A stretch of 64,000 bases of DNA from Zootoca vivipara (GCF_963506605.1 NC_083277.1:112592001-112656000), one strand, 5' to 3'; positions 12,623 to 26,425 are shown, counted from the first letter of the stretch. Translations and numbers: made by a program. Notes: generated from the sequence alone by a model not told the origin.

Positions 12623-13384
12623 TTTAATAAATGGGGAACCTGTGCCCTCCCATTGTTGCTGGATTGCAGGCTCCACCATCCTTGCTTCCAGGCCATGCTG
12701 GCTGGATCTGATAGGAGTTTGAGTCCAACAACATCTAGAGGGCCACAGGTCCCCATCCCTGCTTTTAGCCTTTTGGGCTTCAGTTTCCTTGTATTTTAAA
12801 AAGAGCATTGGCTAGGATATGTTACAAGCACAGAAGCAATGTTGCCTTCAATTACTAGGGAGCAAATCAATATAAAGGATGTCCTCCATGGCCTTAGCAG
12901 AACAGTGCTTTTAAAAGGGAGAGAAAAAAATTCAAAGGTTGATTCTAGGTCATGTTTTAATTTACTAAAAAACAAGGAGCCAAAAAGCTCACCAAAAGCT
13001 GAACAACATAAGCTGTATTTTTGCAAAACTCTCTGTAATTTGCTGAGATAATGACCTCCTCCATTCAGCATCATCAGAAGCAGTAATAGGTATACCAGGG
13101 CTGCATTTCTATCCATACTTACCAAGAGGAAGCCTGATTAAATTCACTGAGATACTGTTAGGCAAACCATTCTAATTGGAAAATAGCAAAAAGAAAACCT
13201 CACCAATGTCAGATTTATGGTAGGACTTGGGTTTTTCAGGAATCAATTGGATGTGCTGAATACAATTTAAATGCATTCCATGATATTGTGCAATTCACTG
13301 ACTAATGATGCAGAAAGGATTGGGGGCCAGTTACCCATAAAACAAACAAACAAAAAAATCAAGAAAATGTATACCAATACAGTA

Positions 13385-13390
13385 TTTATT
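13385..13390 (-). terminator. Polyadenylation signal AATAAA of ATP5MC2
   Basis: TTTATT on the plus strand about 145 nt past the stop codon, followed on the minus strand by a U/GU-rich tract (about 13335-13365). Confidence 0.8.
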
Positions 13391-13535
13391 GACTTGCCCC
13401 CTCTGAGCTGGACAGATTTGGTTAACAGATGGGCTTTCCCTATCTGCCACAGAACAATCAGGTTGTCGTACACACTGGACTAAACACAGGGGGGAAAGAG
13501 AGGACAGCACATGACAGGCAGCACATCTGGCTCCT

Positions 13536-13650
13536 TCACATTGCAAAGAGAATGAGGAATGCCACCATCAAGCAGAACAGCCCCATGGCCTCAGAGAGTG
13601 CAAAACCCAGGATGGCATAGGAGAAGAGCTGCTGCTTCAGGGAAGGGTTT
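13536..13650 (-). CDS. ATP5MC2: ATP synthase F0 subunit c, last exon (exon 5)
   Basis: Acceptor TCCCTTGCAG; encodes (R)[37 protein letters not shown], with TGA at 13538-13536. The phase matches the phase-2 end of exon 4. TGAAGGAGCC after the last codon matches my recollection of mammalian ATP5MC2. Confidence 0.97.
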
Positions 13651-13689
13651 CTGCAAGGGAAGGAGACAGACAGACAGGATAACCATCAA

Positions 13690-14145
13690 TGGAAAAGTGT
13701 GGTGAAGCCACCAAAAAAAGCTAGTTTTATTCTAGCTTGCATCAACAAAAGTATAGTGTGCTGATCAAGGGAAGTAACAGTTCTGCTCTATTCTGTCTTG
13801 GTCAGGACACCCCTAGAGTACTGTGTCTATTTCTGGGCACTACAGTTTTAAGAAGGATACTGACAAGCAGGAATGTGTGCAGAGGAGGAAGACCAAGATG
13901 ATCAAGGGTCTGGAAACCAAGCCTTGTGAGGAACAGTTGAGGGAGTTGGGTAAAAAGGAGACTGAGGAGATATGATAGCCATCTTCAAATATCTAAAGGG
14001 CTGTCACATGGAGCAAGCTTGTTTTCTCCTATTCCAGAGGCTAGGACCTGAACCAATGGATTCTTATATATGATCTAGTTGTGATTCCTGCATTGCAGGG
14101 GTTGGACTAGATGACCCTTAGGATCCCTTCCAATGCTACAATTCT
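13690..14145 (+). mobile_element. CR1 LINE 3' fragment in ATP5MC2 intron 4 (antisense to the gene)
   Basis: Degenerate ORF2 tail (CVYFWALQF, VQRRKTKMIKGLETKP) and the CR1 3' end GGACTAGATGACC..CCCTTCCAA..ATTCTA. Confidence 0.8.
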
Positions 14146-14252
14146 AGGTTCTCCTGTGGTCCTACCATCTCCCCAGATACAGGGTGCCAAGGGAGTAGCC
14201 ATCCCTTCCAGCCAAGTACTGTTCAGGTGTGTGGTTGTTGAAAGGTCTAGCA

Positions 14253-14388
14253 CAGGCATCCCCAAACCTCGGCCCTCCAGATGTTTTGGACTACAATTCC
14301 CATCATCCCTGACCACTGGTCCTCTTAGCTAGGGATCATGGGAGTTGTAGGCCAAAACATCTGGAGGGCCACAGTTTGGGGATGCCTG
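14253..14388. mobile_element. 136-bp palindromic hAT MITE
   Basis: TIRs CAGGCATCCCCAAAC ... GTTTGGGGATGCCTG; TSD GTCTAGCA (14245-14252, 14389-14396). Confidence 0.9.
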
Positions 14389-14438
14389 GTCTAGCAGTAT
14401 AGTATCGTATCCCAGCCAGCCAGCTTTATAATTAAGTC

Positions 14439-14571
14439 CGGTGCTTTATTTCAGGGGGTATTCAAGGGTACGCAGTACCGACACTTCTTTTAGTATTATT
14501 AAAAAGTGTGGCACTTACTATAACAACTTCATGGTGAGTACTGTCACCTATTTTTCTAGAAAAAAGCACTG
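14439..14571. mobile_element. Short hAT MITE
   Basis: Termini CGGTGCTTT ... AAAGCACTG; TSD ATTAAGTC (14431-14438, 14572-14579). Confidence 0.8.
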
Positions 14572-15152
14572 ATTAAGTCTACAAAATTTACTACCCCACA
14601 AAATGTTTACTAGGGTTGCTGCCACACTGGTGCCCTTTAACACTGTGAAGGCATTGTTCTTCTGGATTCAGCTGGAAATGGAATTAAGTGTGATTCAGTA
14701 CAGCATGTAATATAGTGCTGTATTACGTAATCTGGCAATACCCAGCCCAAAGGCCAAGATCCTTCAACTGTATTTACTTAATACAATTGAATTAAATTTC
14801 CATTTAGCACAGGGCCCCACCATTCTCAATTAATAGCTTCCCCTTGTGACTTTTGCCTATTAGTGTTTCCTTTTCAGAACATACATGGCATTACTGATAA
14901 CTAGTCCTGTAAATCAGTTCCCTGCAGTGGGCTTAATTACTGGATTCCTCTCTTTTTTCCTTTGTGAAACAGCACTATTTTGCATTTTTAGGGAAAAAGA
15001 AAGCAATGAAGAGGAAGTACTACTCCCGTTATTACTAGTCCCCTACTACTAGTCCCTACAAAAGGAACTGAATAATCACAAGCCAATTTATCAATAATGC
15101 CACAGCAATAGGAAAGCAATCAGAAGCAGAACCTACAAGGAGGAAGCTTCTA

Positions 15153-15599
<447 letters not shown>

Positions 15600-16532
15600 T
15601 CAAAGCTGTTTGTAACCTAAACAGCAGGATTCTACTTCCAAGTAAATCAAACTTCAATTTTAACCCTGAATTTTTCAAATACTACCCCAGAAAATTGGGA
15701 GTGGGGATTCTGAATTGGATAAATAATGGCAAAAAAGTCGGGGACAGGGGCTGCTTATGGTGCAATACTTGTCTCAGTAGACACAAGTCCTACTGAGTTA
15801 AAAGTAGCTTACTCCAAGGCAGGAGCAGCCTAGTTTTGGGAATCCAGCTGTACTTCTAGGAAAGTGGTGCCTCATTGTTGTCAATCAATCTTCGCTACAG
15901 CTACAGGGGGCGTGTGCTATGGAGTTCCCACAGTTCATGCAGACAAATACTGAAAGTTCAGCACCCTGCATGAGAGGCTCCTCAAATCTGCAATTTTAGT
16001 TTATACTGTTGGGTTTATCTATTCTTTGGTGGGTGTGCGCGTGCTTTAAATGTTTTTAACTTTTACTGACAATTTTAATATATATTTCATATTCTTTGTA
16101 AATTTGCAATTTAGTGGTATACAAATTCTGTTAAATAATAATAAAATAAGTAAATACAAAGCCATTGTCATGTAGTGGTTAGATTGTCAGGCTAGGATCA
16201 AATCCCTGCTCAGCTATGAAGCTTAGTGGGTGAGCTTGGGCCAGCCAAATCTACCTTAGGAGAAGTAATGGGTGAGAGGGGACACAGCAGGATAAAAATG
16301 GAATAAACAAATGAGGAGTTGATCTGGAAAGTGTTCCTTGAAGCTAGGAAGAGGTGAGGCAGATCCCCCACCAATTTAGAAATTTTGTAAACTGGTCATC
16401 TGTTCACTTTCTCACTACAACCCCAAGAGCTTGGTTTAAGTTACACTTATGATTGCGAGGATACAATGGGATAGCCCAATACAAGCCACCCTCCACTCCC
16501 CAGAGGAAAGGTGGTCTAGAAGAATGATGAAT

Positions 16533-16778
16533 GTCTCCAAACTAAGGCCCGGGGGCCGGATGCGGCCCAATCATCTTCTAAATCCGGCCCGCAGACGGTC
16601 CGGGAATCAGCATGTTTTTACATGAGTAGAATGTGTCCTTTTATTTAAAATACATCTCTGGGTTATTTGTAGGGCATAGGAATTAGTTCATATATTTTTT
16701 TTCCAAAATATAGTCCGGCCCCCCACAAGGTCTGAGGGACAGTGGACCGGCCCCCTGCTGAAAGTTTGCTGACCCCTG
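16533..16778 (+). mobile_element. Non-autonomous hAT element, 5' end degraded
   Basis: Near-identical to the body of 4290-4604 and ends in GACCCCTG. Confidence 0.8.
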
Positions 16779-17127
16779 TACTAGAGTATCAAAAAGTGTT
16801 CTTTAGTTACCAGGCAGACACCTTAATTGTACAGCTTAAGAAAAAAACAGCCCTGTAGTATCATGCTTCCTAGTGACTGAGATCTAAAATGATAAATTGT
16901 AGGTCAGGTATACAGTTGAGCACTGCTGCACACATAATCCAAAAGGCCCAGCAGAGCCACCAGTTCTAGAAAGGATCTCTCTCTTATTTTCTTTTTCTAC
17001 TCGGCCACTGAGTATTGCCCTAGACCTAGACAACCTTTGCTGGTCTAGACATCAGCATTGTGTTTTTGAGATCCAAGGGTCTCTTTCCCCTTGGATGTAG
17101 CTGGAAGCCGTACCACGCCAAATTTAC

Positions 17128-17205
17128 CTCCTTCGTCCTGACCTCAGGCCTGTTCAGCACAGAGGCAGAGATGGGCCTACAGAGCAGCCGGGAACTGTCC
17201 TTTAT
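17128..17205 (-). CDS. ATP5MC2: ATP synthase F0 subunit c, exon 3 (mitochondrial presequence)
   Basis: 78 nt, phase 0/0; TTGCAG acceptor and GAG|GTAAAT donor; encodes IKDSSRLLCRPISASVLNRPEVRTKE. Confidence 0.93.
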
Positions 17206-19555
17206 CTGCAAGGGGGGAAATATACAAGCTGTGAATACATGCAACAAAGAAAAATTCTCAATGACAACAAGGACTTTCTTGCAAATGCATTCTAGTCTGA
17301 GACAGTCTGTAACTAGAAGAAGTGATAGTGAAACTATGACTTGAGCACGCCTTTGTTGGTCAGCACAGCAACAATTCTCCCTGGTAAAGAACATACAGTA
17401 TTCTGAAATGGGGCTTGTATCTCATGGATTTAACTTTCAGAAGAAAATCAGGTGGCCAGTGGCAGCAGATAATTGATTGCGTGATTGACTGATTATTTAT
17501 TTATTTTGTATACCATTCTTCACCTGTAGATCTCAGGGCGGTTCATAACAGAGAAATACAAGACAAAAAACACAAAATTCGTAATAAAAACAAGAACAAA
17601 AACACTATCCACCCTCACACATTTAAAAGGCTATCGGATGTTAATCCCACTAATGAGCCACTGCAGAAAAGGCACTAGTGTAAACTGTAGTCAACTGGTG
17701 GTCTATTAGCCACATGTGACTCCCACCCCAGTTCTACCTTGCCCTCCACCATGTAAAGCATGTTGTTGCTTTCTACATGGCAGGTACCCTGTTCCGTTCC
17801 CATGCATCATCAATGCAGTGCATATTCTGCATGCTTTAAAAAAGTTAAAAGTCTGAGCCTGGCAAGCTGGATAACTTTTACATATACTAAGTAAGTTTTC
17901 TCAGTTTGCCTTAATTTGTTCTGCTTTGGCTAGACATGAGAAGGGGCAGCAACATATGCAAGACAGTGGGGAGCATCAGGCCCAAGATCCAAATGTGGCC
18001 CTCCAAGCCTCTCTGTCTGGCACTTGGGACTCTCCCTAGGGCCACACCCCTCCCCATGGCCACTCCCCTTTACCAGCCCTGCTTCATACCCTTGAGTGTT
18101 TTTGCCTGGTTGAAATGTGTTCCTTGACCACTGATCATCCTTGCACAGGTGGAGAACAGAGGGGTGTGTGTGTGTAGAAACTAGCCTACTGTACAAATTG
18201 TTTCCCTGCTCCCTTTTAGCTCTAACCATGCCCACCATGAGCATCCGGCCCTCAAAAGGTTGCCCAGTGGCCCTTAGGCTGAAAAGCGTTCCTTATCCCT
18301 GCACTAAAACCTTGGCCACCAGAAATCCTTCTGAGCCCCTACTGGTTTTGGCAAACATTCCCCGGCACAGAACACTTTACAGAAATGCGCATCAGCAATT
18401 AATTCTAGAATTCTGTTCTATGTGTAATTGAAAGCCAAGCTCCTGGCAGCCATTTCTATAAATGGCTGTACATCAAGCCTCTCACAACTTCAGGAACCAG
18501 CAGAACGCAGAGGCTGGGCTGAAACTCAAGCCTTTCAACTACTTGGGAGCCACTGTAGAGTGGAAGAGACAGCACCTGGGGATGGGACATATTTGCCCCA
18601 CCCCCCGGGCAACTGTTGACCAGGTGGAATTTCCTGCTTGTCATTTGGAGGAAGCCAGTGGGGTGGTGGTGGTGGAATAGAAACAAAAAATTCCCTGCTT
18701 GGGGAGCCATTTTTGAATGAGGTTTCAGTGCGGAGGAGGAAATATCATCTCGAATGATTTCATTAAAACCACTTTGACGTTAGCCTGAAGTAAGATTCTC
18801 AGAAAGCTGTATTCTTCAGCAAACACCTCAGATTCAAGGGAGGTTTCTACAGGACATTTGGCCATGTGCTGCCAGGACAGCACCAATGACAGGATGTTTG
18901 TACTCCAACTAAATTTTTTAACATGTTTGTATTTTTACTCTGCTTGAAAATTGCTTTGGAACTTTTTGTAATGGGAAGCGATATATAATTATAAAGCCCT
19001 GAGGTTTTTTTTTCTACAAGCATTATATAAATCTTATGAAATAGAACAATAAACTATGTCATGTGGCCCAATAGCTTGCACTTTGTCCTCTGCCTGCCAA
19101 TGCTGCAGTTAATAATATAAGAGGAAGGCACCTTGCCCTCTCTCCACCCATTTCACACCTGGGACATGATGCTACCTGGTCATTCTGTATTTGCCAAATG
19201 TATGGGACTCAAAATATGATCTTCAGTAAAGTGATGAGGGAACAACCCCCATGATTCAGACACCAACCAAGGGAGCAGATTAAGGCAGGGGTCGGCAAGG
19301 TTTAACTCGCCTGGGCCAGTTCCCTCCACAATTTCCGGCGTTGCAGAAGCGAGTCCCCGTTCTGCACTGCACAGGTTTAGCGCAGTGGGCGGGGACTTGC
19401 CAAGCGGGCGGCTCGGATCGGGGGTGGCTCGTGGGCCATTTAAATAACCCCCGTGGGCCACTTGTTTTGGATGTTTTATCTATTGTTTGACATTGCCGAC
19501 ATAGGCAAATACCTGACTTGCGATTTGAAACAATGCATTATTGAAAAATACTTAC

Positions 19556-19594
19556 AAGGGCGGGAGCAGAGATAAACTTTGCACAGGTATACAT
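19556..19594 (-). CDS. ATP5MC2: ATP synthase F0 subunit c, coding part of exon 2 (exon spans 19556-19628)
   Basis: ATG at 19594; encodes MYTCAKFISAPAL (39 nt); donor CTT|GTAAGT; acceptor TTTTCCAG with AG at 19630-19629. MYTCAKF and CCCTGAATATG resemble mammalian ATP5MC2 as I recall it. Total CDS 39+78+191+115 = 423 nt. Confidence 0.92.
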
Positions 19595-22004
19595 ATTCAG
19601 GGACGTTGGGGGTGGCCACACTCAACAGCTGGAAAAGAACCAAACAACATGGCATTAGGACAAAGTGTGCCTACAACTTCTATTACTTGCTACCAATAGA
19701 AGCCCACAAGGCTTTTAAGATGTGTGGCAGTTAATTAGCAGAGGACTACAAAAACCGATGCACAGCCATATTAAGTGGAAGAGAGGCCATTAATGCAGGC
19801 AACCATGCAAAAACATATTGTGAGTAATATGGCCCCTACACAGCACAATACTTTAGTTCTTCAGCACAAGCATGGACAAAGAAGTGTTTGGCTGACCAAA
19901 CGTTTGGGGCACCCCTTTGGGAAGGAAAGAGATGCTAAAGGTTTGGTGCTAGCTCTTCTAGATTTGATCCTGGTGCCCTAAACTCCCCACTTAAGAGGCC
20001 TGTGTTTTATTTTGCATTTATATCATACCCTGTCCCCAAAGGTCTCAGAATAGACAGTACTGTGATATTTATAAAATAGGACCACCAGTGCAATTCTTAA
20101 AAAAGAAAGAACACATACTACTAGAATAAACTTTGCATAAATATTATTTACTTAAGCAAGGTGTGCTGTGTATCACCTCTGGAAGATGCCAACATATTTA
20201 GAGGCCCTTGAAGAGAGAACTACAAAAGAATTGCCACAAAAGGCTCTCTGTGCTCCTGTTAATCAAAGCTAGCACACAAATAGTATAGTTGAGGTGTTCT
20301 CTGATAAACCTGGGCTGCATCTATCAGATCAGCTGCACATAAGCAACTGATCCATGCAATTTGCCTTGCAGATGACTATCCTGGCATGATTTTCAGTACT
20401 GTATCTGTACCCTCAGGATCAGCATTTGCACTGTGCAATTCCATGCAAGGCCTGACATCTTCCTTAAAGTATATGCAATCCCCCAGACTGTTCCAGGGAA
20501 GGATGCAACCCAAGGGCAAGTCCACACAACTGGAAGCACATTTGCTCCCCACAGTATTACCTGTAATGGGTTGTTGAGCTTAAGGTGGTTTCAGTCACTC
20601 ATCTATACACAAGCTACTATTATGAACCAGTACAATTATCATCATGTGGCATTCATTAAAACAGCTACTGAACAAGGCAGCTTGGGTTTTTTTCTTTATT
20701 CAAGAAAAGGGATTAGGGATCAATAGATAAAGGCTAGCATAGCTAAAATGAGTCTGCGTGGCAAACTTGTGGCCCTCCAATGTTGTTGGACCCGTCCAAC
20801 TTCCATCAGATCAAGTCAGGATGGCCAATGCTCAGAAATTATAGGAGCTGTAGTCCAACATTTAGAGGGCCACAGGTCACCCATCCCTATGTGGAGGGAA
20901 AATATACTTCCCAGCAACAAAAAACTGGGGTCAAACCAATAGTATGGTTATCTTTATAACTGGTTTATGAATTTTTAATAGATGTGTGACTGACCACCAT
21001 CAAAAGCAATGCTGGACTGGATCTGATTCACCAAGAAAGGAATCAGAAACATTTGCCAATTTACTTCAAATAACTTGGTGATCTGCCCATAGATCTTGAG
21101 CTACCTTCTGACCACCTCCAATCTAGTACATAGAGACAGCACAGGGGAGAATTTTTTTCCCATTTCACAGGGAAACAAAAGATTAGGACCTAAAAGAGTT
21201 TCTCTGTATCTTCTCCATGCCACTGTACAAATGGGAACTTGAAAACACATGTGTGTGTTGCGAAGGGTCAGAGAGATCTGGCATCAAGAACAAATAAAGG
21301 CTGACAGGGCTGTTGTGCGGATTAAATCAGGAGGGAGAGTGCTACGTCCACCACCTTGAGCTTTTTGAAGAATAATTGCAGGGTATAAATGCAACAAATT
21401 AATAAAACGTTGTAAAAACTTGCTAGGAGTGGGGGAAAGGGAGGAAATAGTATACAGTATTTACATTTATATGCCCGCCCCACAACACTTGGATCAGCGA
21501 CCACGACTTTGGTCAGTCAACAATTTCGGCCCTCCTTTGTCTGCACAGCGATTCTGTAGGGTGCATCAGATTAATTTCCATCTACTCAATAGGGGCGGCA
21601 GCCTTAGGACCAGCTAAGCTTTTAGGCGGTCGAGGGCCTGCTTCCTCGGATGCACGACCTTTGCAATGCACCCACGGCTAGGGCAGATCCGCTACGCCCT
21701 CAGGCCATAGGCGGAACCAGCTACAGACCCTCCCCAGGCTGCCGTGGGAAGGAAGTTCCTTGAACTCCACGCCCCGCCCAAGAACGTTCCCAAGGGTGGC
21801 TCCGCCCCCCGCAGGCTCCTCCCCCTCGAACCCCGCCAACACCGTGCACGTCCTGCTCAAACCCCGCTATAACTTCTCTGAAGGCCTCGAAGCATGAGGG
21901 GGGAGGGAAAGGGAAAGGCCTGGGAAGGGGGAGGCCGAGGCCGGGCGAACCCGGCGAAGGGAAAACCTTCCTAGGCCGCCCAGGCCGGGACTTCGCGACC
22001 CTAC

Positions 22005-22037
22005 CTGCTGCTCAGGGGAAGACTGCGAGAGAAGGGC
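22005..22037 (-). other. ATP5MC2: ATP5MC2 non-coding exon 1
   Basis: Donor CAG|GTAGGG (GT at 22004-22003) just downstream of the NRF1/ETS cluster; pyrimidine-rich start; TSS approximate. Confidence 0.7.
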
Positions 22038-22183
22038 CCCCTTTTGCGCATGCGCCAGCGGAAGGCGGAATGACGCGACATCCGCCCTGCGCCCGGAAGA
22101 TTCGTAGTTGAACGAGCGCGGCGGCTAGAGCGCCCATTAACGGGTGTTTCTTTTTTTTTTAAAGGGGGTGTGTTTCTCCCGTC

Positions 22184-22197
22184 GTGCCATCTGCTGG
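22184..22197 (-). promoter_or_regulatory. Candidate CTCF site
   Basis: CCAGCAGATGGCAC on the minus strand is a full match to the CCASYAGRKGGCRS core. Confidence 0.55.
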
Positions 22198-23709
22198 TCC
22201 GGGGTGGTACTGCATTGGCTTCCTGGGGAAGAGCTCGTGGCTTTCTCCCTTTACTCGGGGGCGATGCTGTCGGGAGTGGGTTTGTGTGTGTGGCGCTCTT
22301 GGCTGGAGTTCGGGACGCTGCTCGATTTTAAGCACGGTTACTTAAGCCCGACCGACGGCAACCTTGGAGCGGTCCTTGCATGGAAAGACTGGGGAAAGAT
22401 GTAGCTTGTTACTGCGCTGCAATGCTACCTGCAAGCTTGGGCGGCTTTTAATACACGCGTGGTGGCATCATCGCGGACGTCCCCCGGTCGTACTTTAGTT
22501 TGGCACGTGGCTCAAGAGTTAAATCCTGTTTTCTGCGTCAGAATTCGTACCTGAGACATCTACCTACCTACCTTTCTATCTATTTCTATTCTGCGTTTCC
22601 GTCAAGGCAGCACACACGGTTCTCCACCCGCCCCCCTATATCCTCCCAACAACCTTGCAAGGGAGGCCAGACTGAGCGAGACCAGCCCAATGCCAGCCAC
22701 CCCACGAACCTCGTGGCTGAGCGGAGATTTGAACAGGGGTCTCCCCCAGTCCCAACCTGACAGCTTCTTCTAGTGGTGCCGGAGCTCGCCATGAACGCCT
22801 CCCTTCTTCAATTATAATGGCGAGGTGCCAGAACTGGGGTGGGGGGGAGCCCTGGCCCCGGGCACCCCTATTTTCATCAGAGGAATGTTGGAGGGTATGC
22901 CCTCTCCGCTGTTCAGAGGGAGCAAGACACCCAATGGAGGCTTTCTGATCTAGTGAAAGTGATGTCAATGCTCCATGCCCTCCCCACGCCGGTCCCATGA
23001 TGCTGCTTGTAAATCAGGAGTATAGTATAGGTGGGTCTTTCCTTGTCCGGTTGCCTGTCTTTTGCACCCCTCTTCTGCCATCCTGGGGGGCTCTGCCCTC
23101 TCCGCCTGCTGCCAGTCCTGACAAAACCCTGCCTGTAATCGGCTTGGGGAAGAAGGGGCGCTGTAAATCAAGCAGGCAGCTTTAGTGTCTCTCAGGAAGG
23201 AGCCAACTCCTCCGCAAGGCAGGCAAGCCCAGGTGGGCGATAAAACGCCGCGGTCGGCCCGGGGAGCAATTTGCTGGTCCCCGAGCCGAGGTGCACCATC
23301 CGCCGCACCAGCAGCCCCTGCAAGGCCATAATTCAGCGCCTGGACCTGCACGCTTTAATTATCACTGCAGCGGAATTTCAATGGGGGCCGATCCATCTTG
23401 CGGCTTGCTGGAGAGCGATTTATACACCCGCGTGGTATTTCATCTGCGGAGCCCCCAATCTGCATTTTTATGGGCCGGCTTGGAGCTTCTTCCCTCGCCA
23501 GCCTCGGCGGCGGAGGGGAGCGTGTTTGTGTGCGTGGATAAAGCAGTGTCTGGTTTTTTTTTGGCCGTGCAGTAAAGTTCAGGAGAGATGCGTCTGTACT
23601 CTGTACCGAAGAGGAAATGCCTCGCCTTCCATTCCTTTTTAGGGCTGGTGCCATGGTGGCAGGAGTGGTGCGTTTTCATGTATAAGTAAGAGTGGCATAC
23701 CCTCTAGCA

Positions 23710-23960
23710 CAGGGGTCAGCAAACTTTTTCAGCAGGGGGCCGGTCCACTGTCCCTCAGACCTTGTGGGGGGCCGGACTCTATTTTGAAAAAAAAAATGAA
23801 CAAATTCCTATGCCCCACAAATAACCCAGAGATGCATTTTAAATAAAAGGACACATTCTACTCATGTAAAAATATGCTGATTCCCGGACCTTCCGCTGGG
23901 CAGATTTAGAAGGCAATTGGGCCGCATCCGGCCCCTGGGCCTTAGTTTGGGGTCCCCCTG
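23710..23960 (-). mobile_element. Non-autonomous hAT element nested in the element above
   Basis: TSD CTCTAGCA (23702-23709, 23961-23968); reverse-complement copy of the 4290 family. Confidence 0.9.
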
Positions 23961-23998
23961 CTCTAGCATTTTCCCGATGAAAATAGGGACGTCCTGTT

Positions 23999-24090
23999 CA
24001 ACAACAACAATAGTAATAATAATAGTTGTTGTTGTTGTTGTTGTTATTGTTGTTATTGTTGTTATTATTATTATTATTATTATTTTATTA
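23999..24090. repeat. Compound microsatellite (CAA)n(TAA)n(GTT)n(ATT)n
   Basis: Read directly from the sequence. Confidence 0.9.
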
Positions 24091-26425
24091 TGTATGCCCC
24101 ACTCATCTGACTGGGTTGCCCCAGCCACTCTGGGTGGCTTCCAACATATATAGAAATGTAACAAAGCATTAAACATGAAAAAACTTCCCTATACAGGACT
24201 GCCTTCAGGTGTCTTCTAAAGGTTGTATAGTTCCTTATCTCCTTGGCTCGGGGACACTTAACTCTATACCCTCCAACATTTCTCTGATGAAAACAGGGGC
24301 ATCCAAAGCAAAAGTGGCACATTCCAGGATCAAATAAGAAACTGGGACAGCTTCTGTAAATCCGGGACTATCCCTGGAAAATAGGGACATTTGGAGGGTA
24401 TGATGGGAGGAAATGCTTCACACTCAGAGAGCCATGGCAATCCATAATATTTTGTGCATGGGACTGGGGAAATCCATGGAATCCATGGCTCTATAAAAGC
24501 TGGTTGCTGAGGTTCCCTTGCACTAGTAGAGCATGACCAAGAAATGGAATCCAGGATGGATATGTGGAAAAGGGATGCTGAGGAATTCAATTCCTGTGAA
24601 TTCTGATGCGGACTGACCTGAGCTGCACTTCTCAGACTGGGAATAGGGGAAGCTTTTGCAACCCAAGGGCCACATTCCCTTCTGACTAACCTTCCGGGGG
24701 CAATATTCCAATAGAGGCAAAATGGCCAGAGCCACAAACACACATTTTGCCTTTCTACCATAGATAACAAAATGCACCCCTCTCTTTATCCTCCATCCAA
24801 ACAAGCAGGTGGCGTTGTCAGAGTTCAAGGCCACAGTCCAGACATGCAAAAATGCACAGGTGCAAAGCAGGAGGGGCGTGGTCTGTGGTGAGGGTGTGTG
24901 GTTTGTGGAGCTCTCCAAGGTCCAGGCAGAGGCATGGAGGGTTGCATGTAACCCCAGGTCCTGAAGTTTCCCACCCCTGTCCTAGACTGATAGGTGGACT
25001 AGAACATAGTCATCCTTCAAATTTCACACCTCTAAATCTTATAAAACAATTCAAACATGTATCAAAAATTGTTAAAACGTGCATTTTAGGATAAAATCAT
25101 ATTTAGGAATGTATAGATTTTTTAAATTTTATTTGTTAATTACCTGTCCTCCACCCTAAAGTCCCAGGGCAGCTGGCAGCATTAAAGCACAATATTAAAA
25201 GCTGTTTAACATGACTTATGATCACAAAATTAATGCATGATAAAATATGAGTTTAAATACAAATTTTCTTGTGATTTTTTTTAAAAAAAACAAAGTTGCC
25301 AATTAATGCAGCAATAGGATGCAACAGAGTTATGGATGTACATGTGTGAAATAGACATTGATTGATCCATCTCTGGATATGAAGTTTTGAGTGTGGGAGG
25401 AAAAAAAACAGACAGGTCGTTGAGCATAGCACAAAGTAAACCTCTCTCTTGCCCAAGACTTTGGAGACACTGCTGCAGTGTTGCCTGGCCCAATAATCTT
25501 CCCACTTGCCTGACCATGGAATATTTTGAAGGTTTTGGCTGATCACTCATCCTGCAGAACAAGCAAACTGCTTTCCTCTCATAAGGCATCTTGCTGGTCC
25601 ATCCAGCACAGGGCGACTGGTTCCAGCAAAAATATTTGAAGTGCTTTCATGAAATGCCGTTCATCTACATTCCTTTAGTCATGGTTTTTATATCTTCCCC
25701 GTCCTCCAACTGGAGCACAGGGCATCTGACAACAGAAATTGAAGGAAAGAAAACAATGCAATGATATACCGGTAACCACCATTAAAACCCACAAGGTATC
25801 AATAAAATTTTAACAGAGATCAGCAGCGGCACCTTCTATAGCGCCACCTGCTAAAAGCCAATTTCCCTCTATGATCCATAAACCCGGACAAGTAAAAATG
25901 GCTGTAGCCTTTGTTACAGTGTTTCTACCACAAGGGCTAACCTGGTTGTTTATTAACAGAGCAAAACGGTCTTGTTGTTGTTATTTTGCCGTAGAATATA
26001 CACGGTTTTTAAAAAAGAATGAGAGGGCAGGTCCCCGCCCCAAAGAACTTCCCATCGTGGGAATGCTTTGGAGTTGATAGTTGCTGAATTCCAGTTCCTA
26101 TCAGCTCCAGCAAACATGGCCAATGGTTCAGGGATGATGGGAGTTGTAGTTCAGCAAGATTGGTGGGTGGGTGTGAAAAGGCTCCCCACATCTAGGCTAG
26201 AGATAGACAGAAGGGATACACCAGGGGGAATGGAGGGGAATGGAGGTAGGGGGAGATGTGCCATCATTTCAGTTATGCACTACAGCAGAATATGGGGAGT
26301 AACTGGTGTGGGTGCCATAGGCTTCACAGAAAAGTTGGGTTTTGAGGGGAGATCTGAAGTTAGTAAGAGAGATGGGTCCATATGGGTGTTCTGCTTAAAA
26401 ACCTCAAATGAAGGAGAGTCTAAAC

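Larger units (their letters stand above)
21600..22500 (-). promoter_or_regulatory. CpG-island promoter of ATP5MC2
   Basis: NRF1 motif TGCGCATGCGC at 22045-22055; ETS/GABP cores CGGAA at 22059, 22066 and 22094; GC box at 22081-22088; no TATA box seen. Confidence 0.85.
23696..24402 (+). mobile_element. Composite hAT-like element (CATACCCTC termini) enclosing an L2 3' tail, with a nested hAT insertion
   Basis: Starts CATACCCTC and ends TTGGAGGGTATG; the left-end sequence recurs near 24265; a microsatellite and an L2 tail lie between the two left ends. Confidence 0.65.

Noticed and set aside
23862-24176. Poly-Ile/Thr/Val ORFs and similar low-complexity ORFs at other microsatellites
   Set aside because: They are translations of simple repeats.
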